Part shown: positions 1-9,847 of the stretch, one piece after another | Position numbering within the stretch: position 1 is the first letter of the stretch | Layout of the letters: each line of letters starts with the position of its first letter | Assembly: GCA_002255585.1 (NCBI GenBank) | Contig: NCBJ01000002.1 | Location: 20,245-84,244, forward strand | From: Parcubacteria group bacterium 21-54-25 | GTDB taxonomy: Bacteria; Patescibacteriota; Minisyncoccia; Phycocordibacterales; Phycocordibacteraceae | Length of the DNA: 64,000 nucleotides | Reading direction: 5' to 3' | The notes under the pieces: model-generated | Database searches by the model: none | What the model was told of the DNA's origin: nothing | What the model saw: only the letters and a program-made list of their open reading frames with translations | Program-made: the position numbers and the translations under genes

Positions 1-1
1 T

Positions 2-556
2 GTGCTTCAGAACACGGCCCTATCGCAGCAAAATCAAACGCTTGCTGCGCGTGTCACTGACCTCACGACTCTCGTAGGGACATCAACACCGCCCGTGCCC
101 GGTATTGTAGCGGATGTGCTTGCCCGACCACCGGAATCCCCCTACGATACGTTAATCATCGATTCGGGCCAACGTGCTGGCGTAGCCATCGGCGACTTAG
201 TACAAGTGATGGGCGGTATCCCCATCGGCAGTATATCTGCCGTTTCCACAAACGCAGCGCGCGTTGTACTTTTTTCCGCACCGCAAGCAAGCACTACTGC
301 CTGGGTTGGTACTTCACGCGTACCCATTGTGCTTGAGGGCGCGGGCGGCGGCTCGTTTACCGCTTCGGTGCCACGCGCCACAAACATCTCTATAGGAGAC
401 GGCGTGTTCGTTCCCGGCAGGGGTATACAGCCGATTGGGCATGTTGTTCGCTTGGACGCCGAGCCTGCGGCGGTAACGGAAACGCTGCGTATTCGTCCCA
501 TGGTGAATATTTTTTCCCTGACAATGGTTGAGGTGTTGCCGCTGCGTGTACCATGA
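2..556 (+). CDS. mreC: Rod shape-determining protein MreC, C-terminal fragment (5' end outside window)
   Basis: Gly/Val-rich beta-barrel-like C-terminal region typical of MreC; followed by ATGA-coupled small membrane protein and PBP2 in the classic mreC-mreD-mrdA order. Confidence 0.55.
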   Translation: MLQNTALSQQNQTLAARVTDLTTLVGTSTPPVPGIVADVLARPPESPYDTLIIDSGQRAGVAIGDLVQVMGGIPIGSISAVSTNAARVVLFSAPQASTTAWVGTSRVPIVLEGAGGGSFTASVPRATNISIGDGVFVPGRGIQPIGHVVRLDAEPAAVTETLRIRPMVNIFSLTMVEVLPLRVP

Positions 557-807
557 CCGCTCGTTTCCTTGCCATCCTGGCACTGCTCGCTCCATTTTTT
601 TTCCCATGGCCATATGTCGTCGTACTTACTGGTATCGCCCTCATTCGATATCCGGTTATCGCATTTGTTGTTGGTCTTGAGCTTGATGCGTTGTATGCCT
701 CGCGGGGTACTGGCGCACTGCCGCTTGCCACCTTGTTGGGGGCGCTTGCGACGGCCGTAGCGCTACTTGCACATCGATTCATCCGAGCCCATATTTCTGT
801 AACATGA
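553..807 (+). CDS. mreD: MreD-like small polytopic membrane protein
   Basis: 84 aa, hydrophobic; ATGA overlap with mreC end and 4-nt overlap with mrdA start; position between mreC and PBP2. Confidence 0.4.
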   Translation: MTARFLAILALLAPFFFPWPYVVVLTGIALIRYPVIAFVVGLELDALYASRGTGALPLATLLGALATAVALLAHRFIRAHISVT

Positions 808-2528
808 AAATATTCCGCCGCAAAAGAAATCAAAAAGATCGTGAGATTGCTCCGGAAGAAATCTTCTTGGATTCGGCAAACCAATCACAGTTTGACCGCG
901 CGCAGTTTGAGGGGCGGCTTGAAAAACCTATCTCACGACGAACCTTTCGTTGGCTATTTGTTTCATTTGGGTTGATATGTGTAGCGTTACTTGCCCAAGC
1001 TGGTAAACTGGAACTCATCCATGGTGCCGCATACGCAGCAGAAAGTGCTGCTAATAGTCTGAGAGCAACCACATTGTTTGCTCCACGTGGCATTATTACC
1101 GACCTGCACGGCAACGTGCTCGCCTACAATGTGGAAAAAGCGGATGGAAGTGTACGGCGTTACTACACCATACCTGCTATGGGGCAAATCATTGGGTATG
1201 TTTCGTACCCAAAAAAAGATGCGCAGGGTCAGTATTACGACACCGTCGAAAATGGTTTGTCCGGACTTGAAGCAGAGTATAACGCCGAGCTTTCCGGTAC
1301 CAATGGCGAACTGCTTACGGAAACTGACGCTCTAGGCCACGTGCGATCACAAGGGGTTATCATCCAGCCGAAAGAAGGCAAGACGTTGGTTCTCTCTATT
1401 GACGCATCGGTGGAACAGGCTCTGGCAAACGCACTTGCCGATGTCGCTAAGCGCAACAACTTTCTCGGTGGAGCCGGTGTCATTATGGACGTACACACTG
1501 GCGCTATACGTGCAATTGCATCGTATCCAAGTTATGACCCGAATGTCATGTCCAATGGTGGTCCAGCAAATATCATCGCGGGGTATAACACTGATCCAGG
1601 ACGACCGTTCCTCGACCGCGCCATCCAAGGACTCTACGCACCAGGATCTATCGTAAAACCGTACATCGCCGCAGGCGCACTCACTGACGGTGTCATTACT
1701 CCTAACACAGTTATTGATGACACAGGAGCTCTCAGAGTTCCCGATCCTTATCATCCTGGCCATTCATTCGTGTACACAGGATGGCGTGCGCTTGGGCCAG
1801 TAGATGTACGCAAAGCAATTGCCTGGTCCTCTGATATATTCTTCTACACTGTTGGCGGCGGATTTGGTAACCAAAAAGGCCTAGGGATCGATCGTCTCGA
1901 TTACTGGTACCACCAATTTGGCCTGAATAAACCAACTGGTGTTGACTTGCCTGGCGAGGCAGCTGGCCTCATCCCAAGCCCCGCCTGGAAAGAGCAAGCA
2001 CTCCACACACCATGGTATCTCGGGGATACCTATTTCACTGCAATTGGCCAATATGCCACACAGGTGACGCCGATTCAGATGGTGCGTGCCATTGCCGCTG
2101 TTGCAAATGATGGAAAGTTACTCACCCCGACCCTTCTTGCTAACCAAACACCTTCGTACACCACGATACCCGTAAGCCCTGCCACCTTCACCGTCGTGCA
2201 CGAAGGTATGCGCGAAGGCGTCACGAGTGCGCTCGCGCACAATCTCGACGTTCCCTATATCTCTGTTGCTGCCAAAACCGGCACCGCGCAAGTCGGCGTG
2301 AACAATCAGTATGATAATGCGTGGGTGGAAGGATTTTTCCCCTATGACCACCCACAATATGCATTTGCTGTGGTACTTGGCCGCGGACCATCAGGACTGG
2401 GTGAAAAGGCGGTTACCGTCATGCGAGAATTCCTTGACACCTTGCATGCACAGAATGCACCCATAGTAGGCGGCACGGCAACAACAACCAGCACGGCGCT
2501 AGTCTTTGGTACGACTACACCTTCGTAA
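804..2528 (+). CDS. mrdA: Penicillin-binding protein 2 (elongasome transpeptidase)
   Basis: N-terminal TM anchor, PBP dimerisation plus transpeptidase domains (GSIVKP SxxK-type, KTGTA motifs). Confidence 0.8.
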   Translation: MKIFRRKRNQKDREIAPEEIFLDSANQSQFDRAQFEGRLEKPISRRTFRWLFVSFGLICVALLAQAGKLELIHGAAYAAESAANSLRATTLFAPRGIITDLHGNVLAYNVEKADGSVRRYYTIPAMGQIIGYVSYPKKDAQGQYYDTVENGLSGLEAEYNAELSGTNGELLTETDALGHVRSQGVIIQPKEGKTLVLSIDASVEQALANALADVAKRNNFLGGAGVIMDVHTGAIRAIASYPSYDPNVMSNGGPANIIAGYNTDPGRPFLDRAIQGLYAPGSIVKPYIAAGALTDGVITPNTVIDDTGALRVPDPYHPGHSFVYTGWRALGPVDVRKAIAWSSDIFFYTVGGGFGNQKGLGIDRLDYWYHQFGLNKPTGVDLPGEAAGLIPSPAWKEQALHTPWYLGDTYFTAIGQYATQVTPIQMVRAIAAVANDGKLLTPTLLANQTPSYTTIPVSPATFTVVHEGMREGVTSALAHNLDVPYISVAAKTGTAQVGVNNQYDNAWVEGFFPYDHPQYAFAVVLGRGPSGLGEKAVTVMREFLDTLHAQNAPIVGGTATTTSTALVFGTTTPS

Positions 2529-2592
2529 CCTGTCCGCTTGCACACATCTGAGCGCTCACGTACAATGCAGGAAACCATATATCACTTTATCT

Positions 2593-3066
2593 ATGTCTGA
2601 AAACCAAGACACTGTTGTCTCGCAAGAGAAATTCGATGAGATTGTGAACGAGCTCGAACACTTAAAAACAGTGCGGCGCACTGAAATTGCCAAAAATCTC
2701 GAATACGCCCGTTCACTCGGTGATCTCTCGGAAAACGCCGAATACCAAGAGGCGCGCGAACTGCAGGCGGCAACTGAAGACCGTATTCACCACCTTGAGA
2801 CGCTTGTAAAAAGCGCCACTATCATGCCGGACAACAAAAAGAAAAATACTATTGGTTTCGGTTCGCTTGTATGCATACGACGCGCAGGTGATGAAGCCAC
2901 TCACGAATACACCATTGTTGGTTCAGAAGAGGCCGACATGCGCGAACATAAGCTTTCCCATCTCTCACCGCTTGGCGCTGCGCTCATGGGCAAGAAAAAG
3001 GGCGATGTCTTCACTTTCGAAACACCAAACGGCAAACAAACTTATTCCATAGAAAAAGTGGCGTAA
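2593..3066 (+). CDS. greA: Transcription elongation factor GreA
   Basis: 157 aa from ATG at 2593; coiled-coil N-domain with acidic tip (LSENAEYQEARE) and FKBP-like C-domain. Confidence 0.85.
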   Translation: MSENQDTVVSQEKFDEIVNELEHLKTVRRTEIAKNLEYARSLGDLSENAEYQEARELQAATEDRIHHLETLVKSATIMPDNKKKNTIGFGSLVCIRRAGDEATHEYTIVGSEEADMREHKLSHLSPLGAALMGKKKGDVFTFETPNGKQTYSIEKVA

Positions 3067-3117
3067 TGCGCGCGCATACTCCTGCACCACAACAAATTTC
3101 TGTTATAGTAGCTTGCA

Positions 3118-4584
3118 ATGGCCTTGGAGGATATTCGTAACGAACGTCTCGCAAAGCTCATGCGCCTGCGTGAACTTGGAATCGATCCGTACCCGGCACA
3201 CACCGCGCGCACGCATACGGGACAGCAGTTTCTCGATAATCATGCGGCGCTCGAGGAGAACCACGAAGCCGTCGCACTTGCGGGGCGCGTCATGTCCATC
3301 CGTGAACATGGGGGATCTATGTTTGTAGACCTGTTTGACGGTACTGCGCGTGTACAAAATTATCTGCAAAAAGATGGCATTGGCGACGAGGCCTTTGAAC
3401 TCTTTACCGGCACGGGAGACGTGGGCGACATTATAGAATGCACGGGAACGGCATTTACCACAAGGCGGGGCATGGCATCACTCTCGGTGGGGTCCTGGCG
3501 CATGCTCGCCAAATCACTTCGACCAATTCCAGACGAGTGGTTTGGCATCAAAGACGAGGAAGCGCGCTATCGCATGCGCTATCTAGACATTCTCCTTTCG
3601 AAAGACCTTGCTGACCGTTTCCGCCGCCGCTCAGCGTTTTGGAATACATTTCGTCGATATCTTCTCGAGCGCGACTACATTGAAATAGAGACACCGATAT
3701 TGGAGACCGCGACCGGCGGTGCAGATGCGCGACCATTTATCACGCACCACAACGCGCTCGATATCGATGTCTACCTACGCATCAGTGTGGGTGAACTTTG
3801 GCAGAAGCGTCTTATGGTTGCGGGACTCCCTAAGACTTTTGAGATTGGCCGTGTGTTTCGTAACGAGGGCATGAGCGCTGAGCATGCGCAGGACTATACT
3901 GCCGTTGAATTTTACGAAGCATTCCGAGACTACGAGGAGGGCATGGAAATGATTATCAAACTCTATCGCGCGATAGCCGACGAAGTCTACGGTACGCGGC
4001 AGTTTACCATCCGTGACCACCGGATAGACTTTGATACAGAATGGGGACGCTATGATTTCTGCGCGCTCATAAAGAAAGAATTCGGTATTGATCCACTTGC
4101 AGCCAAAGCAGACGATGTGCGCGGCGTACTTGCAGCACAGAATATTCCATTTGACGAAAATGGCTTCAACCTTGAGCGCGGTATCGATTTACTCTGGAAG
4201 CAAATTCGAAAGACACTCACTGGTCCCGGTTTCCTGGTGAACGTGCCGGTGTATCTGGAGCCGCTTGCCAAGAAGAGTGCGGTTGACGCGCGCGTGGTAG
4301 AGCGTTTCCAAGTCATCATGGCTGGATCAGAGATGGGCAAGGGTTTCAGTGAGTTGAATGACCCAATTGACCAGGCCGAGCGTTTTAAACGTCAACAAGC
4401 ACTGCGAGACGCGGGTGATGCTGAAGCCCAGATGAACGATGCTTCGTATGTAGAGGCGATGGAATACGGCATGCCACCGGCATTTGGCTTTGGTGTGTCT
4501 GAACGTCTTTTTAGTTTCCTCGAAGGGGTGTCGGTGCGCGAGGGGCAACTTTTCCCGCTCCTCAAACCTAAAGACGGAGCATAG
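3118..4584 (+). CDS. lysS: Lysyl-tRNA synthetase, class II
   Basis: 488 aa; N-terminal OB anticodon-binding domain plus class II catalytic core motifs (FRNEG, GMPPAFGFG). Confidence 0.9.
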   Translation: MALEDIRNERLAKLMRLRELGIDPYPAHTARTHTGQQFLDNHAALEENHEAVALAGRVMSIREHGGSMFVDLFDGTARVQNYLQKDGIGDEAFELFTGTGDVGDIIECTGTAFTTRRGMASLSVGSWRMLAKSLRPIPDEWFGIKDEEARYRMRYLDILLSKDLADRFRRRSAFWNTFRRYLLERDYIEIETPILETATGGADARPFITHHNALDIDVYLRISVGELWQKRLMVAGLPKTFEIGRVFRNEGMSAEHAQDYTAVEFYEAFRDYEEGMEMIIKLYRAIADEVYGTRQFTIRDHRIDFDTEWGRYDFCALIKKEFGIDPLAAKADDVRGVLAAQNIPFDENGFNLERGIDLLWKQIRKTLTGPGFLVNVPVYLEPLAKKSAVDARVVERFQVIMAGSEMGKGFSELNDPIDQAERFKRQQALRDAGDAEAQMNDASYVEAMEYGMPPAFGFGVSERLFSFLEGVSVREGQLFPLLKPKDGA

Positions 4585-4600
4585 TATAGGAAAACTAAAT

Positions 4601-4646
4601 CCACACACTAAAAAATCCCGCAGTTGCGGGATTTTTTAGTGTGTGG
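4601..4646. terminator. Bidirectional intrinsic terminator: perfect 21-bp inverted repeat with 4-nt loop
   Basis: ccacacactaaaaaatcccgc-agtt-gcgggattttttagtgtgtgg; GC core flanked by A6 and T6 runs, between lysS stop and mraZ promoter. Confidence 0.6.
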
Positions 4647-4678
4647 ATAACTCGCAAGGGAAGTGGGTTAAAGTGTCA

Positions 4679-4684
4679 TATAAT
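4679..4684 (+). promoter_or_regulatory. Candidate -10 box (TATAAT) of the mraZ/dcw promoter
   Basis: Exact TATAAT about 78 nt upstream of mraZ ATG; nearby AGTGGG-like repeats; no convincing -35. Confidence 0.25.
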
Positions 4685-4761
4685 CCTATATTAGTGGGAG
4701 AAAGTGGTAAATCAACTAGCAATGCTCCCCCGAAGCGCCCACTACATCCCCAAATATACCC

Positions 4762-5196
4762 ATGTTTATTGGCGAATACCGACACACGTTTGATGTAAAA
4801 AACCGCATATCGCTTCCAGCGAGATTTCGGAAGGAGCTTGGTCGTAGCGTCATCATCACACGCGGACTAGACCACTGTCTTTTCGTCTATCCAAAGACTG
4901 CCTGGAAACGCGAGGCAGAAAAAATCGCGCACCACTCGACGGGTAATGCCGCGGGGCGTGGTCTTGCTCGTCTCATGCTTGCGGGCGCTGTCGAGGCAGA
5001 CCTCGACAGCGCAGGACGTGTGCTGGTGCCCGATTATCTACGCACTTTTGCTGCGCTTGGTACAAAGGCGGTGGTCGCGGGCGTAAACGACCGCGTAGAA
5101 GTGTGGGACGAGGAAGCATGGCAGACCTACACCACAAATATTGAGCGCGACGCTGATCAATTCGCTGAAAAACTTGGAGAGCAGAGCACACTCTAA
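4762..5196 (+). CDS. mraZ: Transcriptional regulator MraZ
   Basis: 144 aa, duplicated SpoVT/AbrB-like halves (MFIGEYRHTFDVKNRISLPARFR...). Confidence 0.9.
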   Translation: MFIGEYRHTFDVKNRISLPARFRKELGRSVIITRGLDHCLFVYPKTAWKREAEKIAHHSTGNAAGRGLARLMLAGAVEADLDSAGRVLVPDYLRTFAALGTKAVVAGVNDRVEVWDEEAWQTYTTNIERDADQFAEKLGEQSTL

Positions 5197-5202
5197 AGAC
5201 CT

Positions 5203-6225
5203 ATGAACTCCGTTACACACCACTCCGCAAAAGAGCCCTTCGACAACCGAAGCCGATCTGATCTCCCGCAAGCAGTTCCTGGCGGAATGGAGCCACGACA
5301 CGACACGGTGTTCCTTAACGAAGCTCCTCAAAGTCTTGCGATTGAGCCCAGTGACACGGTGGTAGATGCCACGATAGGCGGGGCTGGGCACTTCGCTCGG
5401 TTACTCGGCTCGCTTTCGTCGGCAGGCACACTGGTTGGCATTGATGCTGATCGTGATGCGTTGCATCGTGCACGAGGCGCCGTGCGCGACGCTGCCCCGT
5501 GTGTGCATCTAGTAGAAGATAATTTCCGTAACCTTGCAAAAATCTTAGATCACCTACGTATCACACAAATTGACAAGTCGCTCTTTGATCTTGGCTGGAG
5601 TGGATTCCAGCTCACTGCTGGTCGTGGCTTTTCATTTCAAGCAGATGAGCCACTCCTCATGACCTATGGTAGCGACAGCGCCGAAACTGCCGCATCGCTA
5701 GTGAACAGTGCGCCAGAGGAGGCAATCGCAGACATCCTTTATACCTTGGGTGAAGAACGATTCGCTCGATCAATCGCTCGCGCCATTGTACAGCAACGGC
5801 ATCAGGCACGCGTACTGACCACGGGCGACCTCGTACGCGCTGTTTGCGCTGGCACGCCGCTCTGGTATCAGCGACGACGCATCCATCCCGCAACAAAGAC
5901 GTTTCAGGCGCTACGTATTGCGGTCAATGATGAGCTCGGCGCGCTGCGGGAGGGGCTCGCAGCGGCACTGACGCGGACGCGTCCAGGTGGCCGCATCGCT
6001 GTTATTACCTTCCACAGTATCGAAGATCGAATCGTGAAAACCATGTTCCGCGACGCCGCGTATGCTGGCCAGGGCATGGTGTTGACCAGAAAACCCGTGA
6101 CACCTTCTCAGCGCGAGATTGTCGTCAACCATCGCGCCCGAAGCGCAAAACTACGTGTATTTGCATGTGGCGCTACGACGGTCTCATCATCACTTACTCA
6201 CTCTCATGCCAATACCTATGCATAA
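5203..6225 (+). CDS. rsmH: 16S rRNA (cytosine1402-N4)-methyltransferase RsmH/MraW
   Basis: SAM-binding DATIGGAGH motif; immediately after mraZ; C-terminus ~30 aa longer than usual and overlaps the next ORF. Confidence 0.85.
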   Translation: MNSVTHHSAKEPFDNRSRSDLPQAVPGGMEPRHDTVFLNEAPQSLAIEPSDTVVDATIGGAGHFARLLGSLSSAGTLVGIDADRDALHRARGAVRDAAPCVHLVEDNFRNLAKILDHLRITQIDKSLFDLGWSGFQLTAGRGFSFQADEPLLMTYGSDSAETAASLVNSAPEEAIADILYTLGEERFARSIARAIVQQRHQARVLTTGDLVRAVCAGTPLWYQRRRIHPATKTFQALRIAVNDELGALREGLAAALTRTRPGGRIAVITFHSIEDRIVKTMFRDAAYAGQGMVLTRKPVTPSQREIVVNHRARSAKLRVFACGATTVSSSLTHSHANTYA

Positions 6226-6550
6226 CACTTCTTCTCGTTCTCTTCCTTTCACCACTGCAGCGCGCGCTGTGCCGGTTATTCCAACACTAACAGCGATTGC
6301 CAGCATGATGGTAATCGCTTACATTGGCTTGCTAGCAATTGCTATGACATATGGCGCACTCCAGATGCAGGCCGCGCAGTCTGTGCGCGATACCAATGCG
6401 GTTGTCGGCACGCTTGAGACAAGCTACTTAGCTGCAATCACCGCAATCAACCAAACTAATCCGACCACCCTTGGTTTTACCAAGCCCGTAGCGATAGCGT
6501 ATGTAACGGGATCATCTCCGCAGCAAATGGTTTCTCTTCGCACTCCATAG
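6218..6550 (+). CDS. FtsL-like small bitopic cell-division protein (start uncertain, ATG 6206 or 6218)
   Basis: Single TM helix then short periplasmic segment; sits between rsmH and ftsI as ftsL does in dcw clusters. Confidence 0.35.
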   Translation: MHNTSSRSLPFTTAARAVPVIPTLTAIASMMVIAYIGLLAIAMTYGALQMQAAQSVRDTNAVVGTLETSYLAAITAINQTNPTTLGFTKPVAIAYVTGSSPQQMVSLRTP

Positions 6551-6571
6551 TTTTTCTGTTATAAGTGCTTC

Positions 6572-8296
6572 ATGCGCGCTGCTTTCCGTTCTCGACTTCG
6601 CATTCTCATTGCGCTCCTTGGCGTCTTGTCCGCCATTCTGGTTATTCGACTTATTTTTATACAACTCATTGATGGCACTGCATATGCGCAGAAAGCAGAT
6701 CAGCAGTACGCGGCGAATGCTAACGCATTGTACGATCGTGGCACTATTTATTTCACGCGCAAGGATGGTACGCACATAGCCGCGGCCACGCTTGAAACTG
6801 GGTTCCTTGTTGCTATTAACCCTGAACTATTGACGGACGCGCAAAGTACATACCAAACACTCAATGCCATTACGCCTATTGATCACACTACATTTTTTAC
6901 TGCGGCCGCAAAAACAAATGATCCGTATGAAGAGGTCGTACACCACCTTTCACAAGATCAAGGAAACGCAATCGCTGCGATGCACCTTCCGGGTGTCCTT
7001 GTTATTCGTGAACGATGGCGCGTGTATCCGGGTGGTACACTTGCTGCACATACCATCGGTTTTACTGCCTACGATAACAACAACACACTGGCTGGCCAGT
7101 ATGGTCTTGAAAACTACTACAACAGCACGCTCGAGAGAAGTGATAATATCTACGGCAATTTCTTTACGCAGATATTCTCCAACCTTGGCGAGGTTTTCGT
7201 AAATGCAAAAGCGGCGCGAGAAGGGGATATAGTCACGACTATCGAACCGGAGGTCGAGGCACGGCTTATGACTGACCTCGCTGCAGTTGCAAACGAGTAC
7301 CACGGCACCAACACCGGCGGCATCATCATGGTCCCCTCCACAGGCGCAATCGTCGCGCTCGGCAGTGTCCCAACTTTCAATCCGAACACCTTCCAGACCG
7401 CGACGAGCTCGGCTGTGTTTACCAATCCACTCGTACAACATGTATATGAATACGGGTCAATTGTAAAACCAATCACTATGGCGTCAGCACTTACCGCCGG
7501 TGTGGTTACACCGCAAACAACGTATAATGATACCGGATGTATCCACGTGGACGGGAGGCGCATTTGTAACTGGGATTATAAAGCGCGCGGGGTGATACCT
7601 ATAGGGCAGATCATTGTCCAATCACTCAATGTTGGCGCGTCGTGGCTTGCCGAACAACTAGGGCAAGATCGTTTTCGTACCTATTTCACTAAGGTCTTTG
7701 GGCAAAAGACTGGTATCGATCTTCCGAATGAAAACGGGGCGCTTCTGAGAAATCTTTATAGCGCACAACAAGTAGACTACGATAACGCAGCATTTGGGCA
7801 GGGAATTGCCATGACGCCGGTTCAAATGATTCGAGCACTCGGCGCTGTTGCAAACGGTGGTGTTATGGTCACGCCGCACCTGGTCAGTGAAAAAATCCTG
7901 ACATCTGGCGCAATTGAAAAACTAGATTGGAGTAAGAAAGTGCGTGTATTTTCTACACAAGCTGCTGCCGAAACCACGCAGATGATGGTTGATCTCACCG
8001 ATACCGATTACAAGAAGGAAAGTATTCCTACCATGTCGGTTGCTATTAAGACCGGCACCGCTCAGCTTCCCGACCCTTCCGGAAGCTACTACATGAACCG
8101 GTTCTTTCACTCATTTGTGGGGTTCTTCCCTTCGCACAATCCTCGGTTTATTATCCTCCTGTACACGAAAGACCCGCGTGGAGCCGAGTATGCGTCAAAG
8201 ACACTCGAACCAACCTTGATGGACTTGGTTCACTTCCTCATCAATTATTACCAGGTGCCACCTGATCGCGGAACTCCCGCTGCATATACTTCATGA
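6572..8296 (+). CDS. ftsI: Penicillin-binding protein 3 / FtsI-type transpeptidase
   Basis: 574 aa; TM anchor, PBP dimerisation and transpeptidase domains (GSIVKP, KTGTAQ). Confidence 0.8.
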   Translation: MRAAFRSRLRILIALLGVLSAILVIRLIFIQLIDGTAYAQKADQQYAANANALYDRGTIYFTRKDGTHIAAATLETGFLVAINPELLTDAQSTYQTLNAITPIDHTTFFTAAAKTNDPYEEVVHHLSQDQGNAIAAMHLPGVLVIRERWRVYPGGTLAAHTIGFTAYDNNNTLAGQYGLENYYNSTLERSDNIYGNFFTQIFSNLGEVFVNAKAAREGDIVTTIEPEVEARLMTDLAAVANEYHGTNTGGIIMVPSTGAIVALGSVPTFNPNTFQTATSSAVFTNPLVQHVYEYGSIVKPITMASALTAGVVTPQTTYNDTGCIHVDGRRICNWDYKARGVIPIGQIIVQSLNVGASWLAEQLGQDRFRTYFTKVFGQKTGIDLPNENGALLRNLYSAQQVDYDNAAFGQGIAMTPVQMIRALGAVANGGVMVTPHLVSEKILTSGAIEKLDWSKKVRVFSTQAAAETTQMMVDLTDTDYKKESIPTMSVAIKTGTAQLPDPSGSYYMNRFFHSFVGFFPSHNPRFIILLYTKDPRGAEYASKTLEPTLMDLVHFLINYYQVPPDRGTPAAYTS

Positions 8297-9585
8297 TAAA
8301 ACGCTTCGCCCGATTGTTTGTAGCATCACTCCTTGCGACTTTGTCGCGAGGCATCATTCGTAAATATCATCCCAAAATAATAATGGTAACAGGAAGTGTT
8401 GGGAAAACCTCGACAAAGGATGCTATTGCAACGGCACTCTCGAGCACCTACTACCTACGCAAGAGTGAAAAAAGTTTCAATAGTGAATTTGGCGTACCGT
8501 TTACCATCATCGGTGCTGAAAATCCATGGACAAGCGTCTTTGCGTGGCTACGGGTGTTTCGACAAGCATTCGCCCTTCTTTTGCTGCCAAGCCATTATCC
8601 AAAATTGCTGGTGCTTGAAGTCGGGGCGGATCGACCGGGCGACTTGGCGCGCATTTTGCGCATCGCAACACCGGACGTTGTCGTCGTAACGCGTCTGCCA
8701 GAGGTTCCCGTGCATGTCGAGGCCTATGCAACGCCGCAAGCTGTGCGCGAAGAAGAATTTGCGCCAGCGTACGCACTTGCGCCAGCGGCGCCACTAATCA
8801 TCTCGTCTGATGGCCACCATGCGCGCGCTATGGCTGCGCGTCTTCCCGTACGCGTTACTACCTATGGCTTTCAGCAAGACGCGCAAGTGCATCTGTCAAA
8901 CCCGCGCCTCTTGCTCGAGGAAGAACGTCCTGTCGGTATGCAAGCAGATGTACGCATAGGAGATTTTTCTGGAGTAATCAGTGTGCGTGGAGCGGTGGGG
9001 CGGCAGCAGCTTGCGCCGGCCGCAGCAGCGCTTGCGACGGCTGTAGCGCTCGGCGTCGCCCCTGCTGAAGCACTTGCAGGAACAAGCGCCTATGTACCGC
9101 CGCCAGGAAGAACTCGGATTTTCCCCGGCGTTTGTGGTTCAATGCTTATCGATGACTCATACAACGCCTCGCCCGCAGCAGCCGAAGAAGCACTCGAAGC
9201 ACTACGCACCCTGCCACAGGTAACACGCCGTATCGCAGTCTTGGGTGACATGCTTGAGCTAGGGAGATATTCAGTCGAGGAACACGCGCGTGTTGGGCGG
9301 CTTGTCGCAGAAGTGGCGGATGTGGTAATTGCGGTCGGCATCCGCGCGCGCGGGTTAGCGGCAGCAGCACGCGATGCAGGGCTTCCTGAAGAATCTGTAC
9401 AAACATTTGATAGCGCGGTCGAGGCCATCCCCGCCATTACAACACTCATACAGCAAGGTGACGCACTGCTCATAAAAGGTTCTCAGAGCATGCGCATGGA
9501 GCGCGTTGTGGAAGCGCTTCTTGCAAAACAAGAAGACGTAGCGCAGCTCGTTCGTCAAGATCGGGAATGGAAACGAAGACCGTAG
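8293..9585 (+). CDS. murF: UDP-MurNAc-tripeptide--D-Ala-D-Ala ligase (Mur ligase, MurF-like)
   Basis: Mur ligase P-loop VTGSVGKTSTKD, central and C-terminal Mur domains; 4-nt overlap with ftsI. Confidence 0.75.
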   Translation: MIKRFARLFVASLLATLSRGIIRKYHPKIIMVTGSVGKTSTKDAIATALSSTYYLRKSEKSFNSEFGVPFTIIGAENPWTSVFAWLRVFRQAFALLLLPSHYPKLLVLEVGADRPGDLARILRIATPDVVVVTRLPEVPVHVEAYATPQAVREEEFAPAYALAPAAPLIISSDGHHARAMAARLPVRVTTYGFQQDAQVHLSNPRLLLEEERPVGMQADVRIGDFSGVISVRGAVGRQQLAPAAAALATAVALGVAPAEALAGTSAYVPPPGRTRIFPGVCGSMLIDDSYNASPAAAEEALEALRTLPQVTRRIAVLGDMLELGRYSVEEHARVGRLVAEVADVVIAVGIRARGLAAAARDAGLPEESVQTFDSAVEAIPAITTLIQQGDALLIKGSQSMRMERVVEALLAKQEDVAQLVRQDREWKRRP

Positions 9586-9636
9586 CAGGAGCGGGCACAG
9601 TGGGGCGGGGGAGCGGTAGCAAAAGCATGTCTTTTT

Positions 9637-9645
9637 TGGTATAAC
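9637..9645 (+). promoter_or_regulatory. Extended -10 element (TGGTATAAC) upstream of tRNA-Glu
   Basis: TGn-TATAAC about 45 nt upstream of tRNA 5' end, followed by an imperfect GC hairpin in the leader. Confidence 0.3.
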
Positions 9646-9690
9646 TGCCGAAGTACGCACGCACCGCGCAACGCGTGGCGCGTGCCGAAA

Positions 9691-9762
9691 GGCCCTATCG
9701 TCTAATGGCTAGGACATCACCCTCTCACGGTGGTAATCGGGGTTCGACTCCCCGTAGGGTCA
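9691..9762 (+). tRNA. tRNA-Glu (anticodon CUC)
   Basis: Hand-folded cloverleaf: 7-bp acceptor (one G-U), 4-bp D stem, 5-bp anticodon stem with loop CTCTCAC, 4-nt variable loop, T-arm GGGG/TTCGACT/CCCC, discriminator A; CCA not encoded. Confidence 0.8.
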
Positions 9763-9847
9763 CACATTGAAACTGAGGCGATGGAACGTCTTTTACTTTT
9801 GCACAGTAGTAAAAAGCGGGCGAGTAGTTTTTAATAAAGTATCTCAC

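Noticed and set aside
9767-9847. ORF-track TTG start for the SET-domain gene beginning 5 nt after the tRNA-Glu 3' end
   Set aside because: It would overlap the tRNA processing region and has no ribosome-binding site. The first ATG at 9848 gives a normal SET-domain N-terminus.
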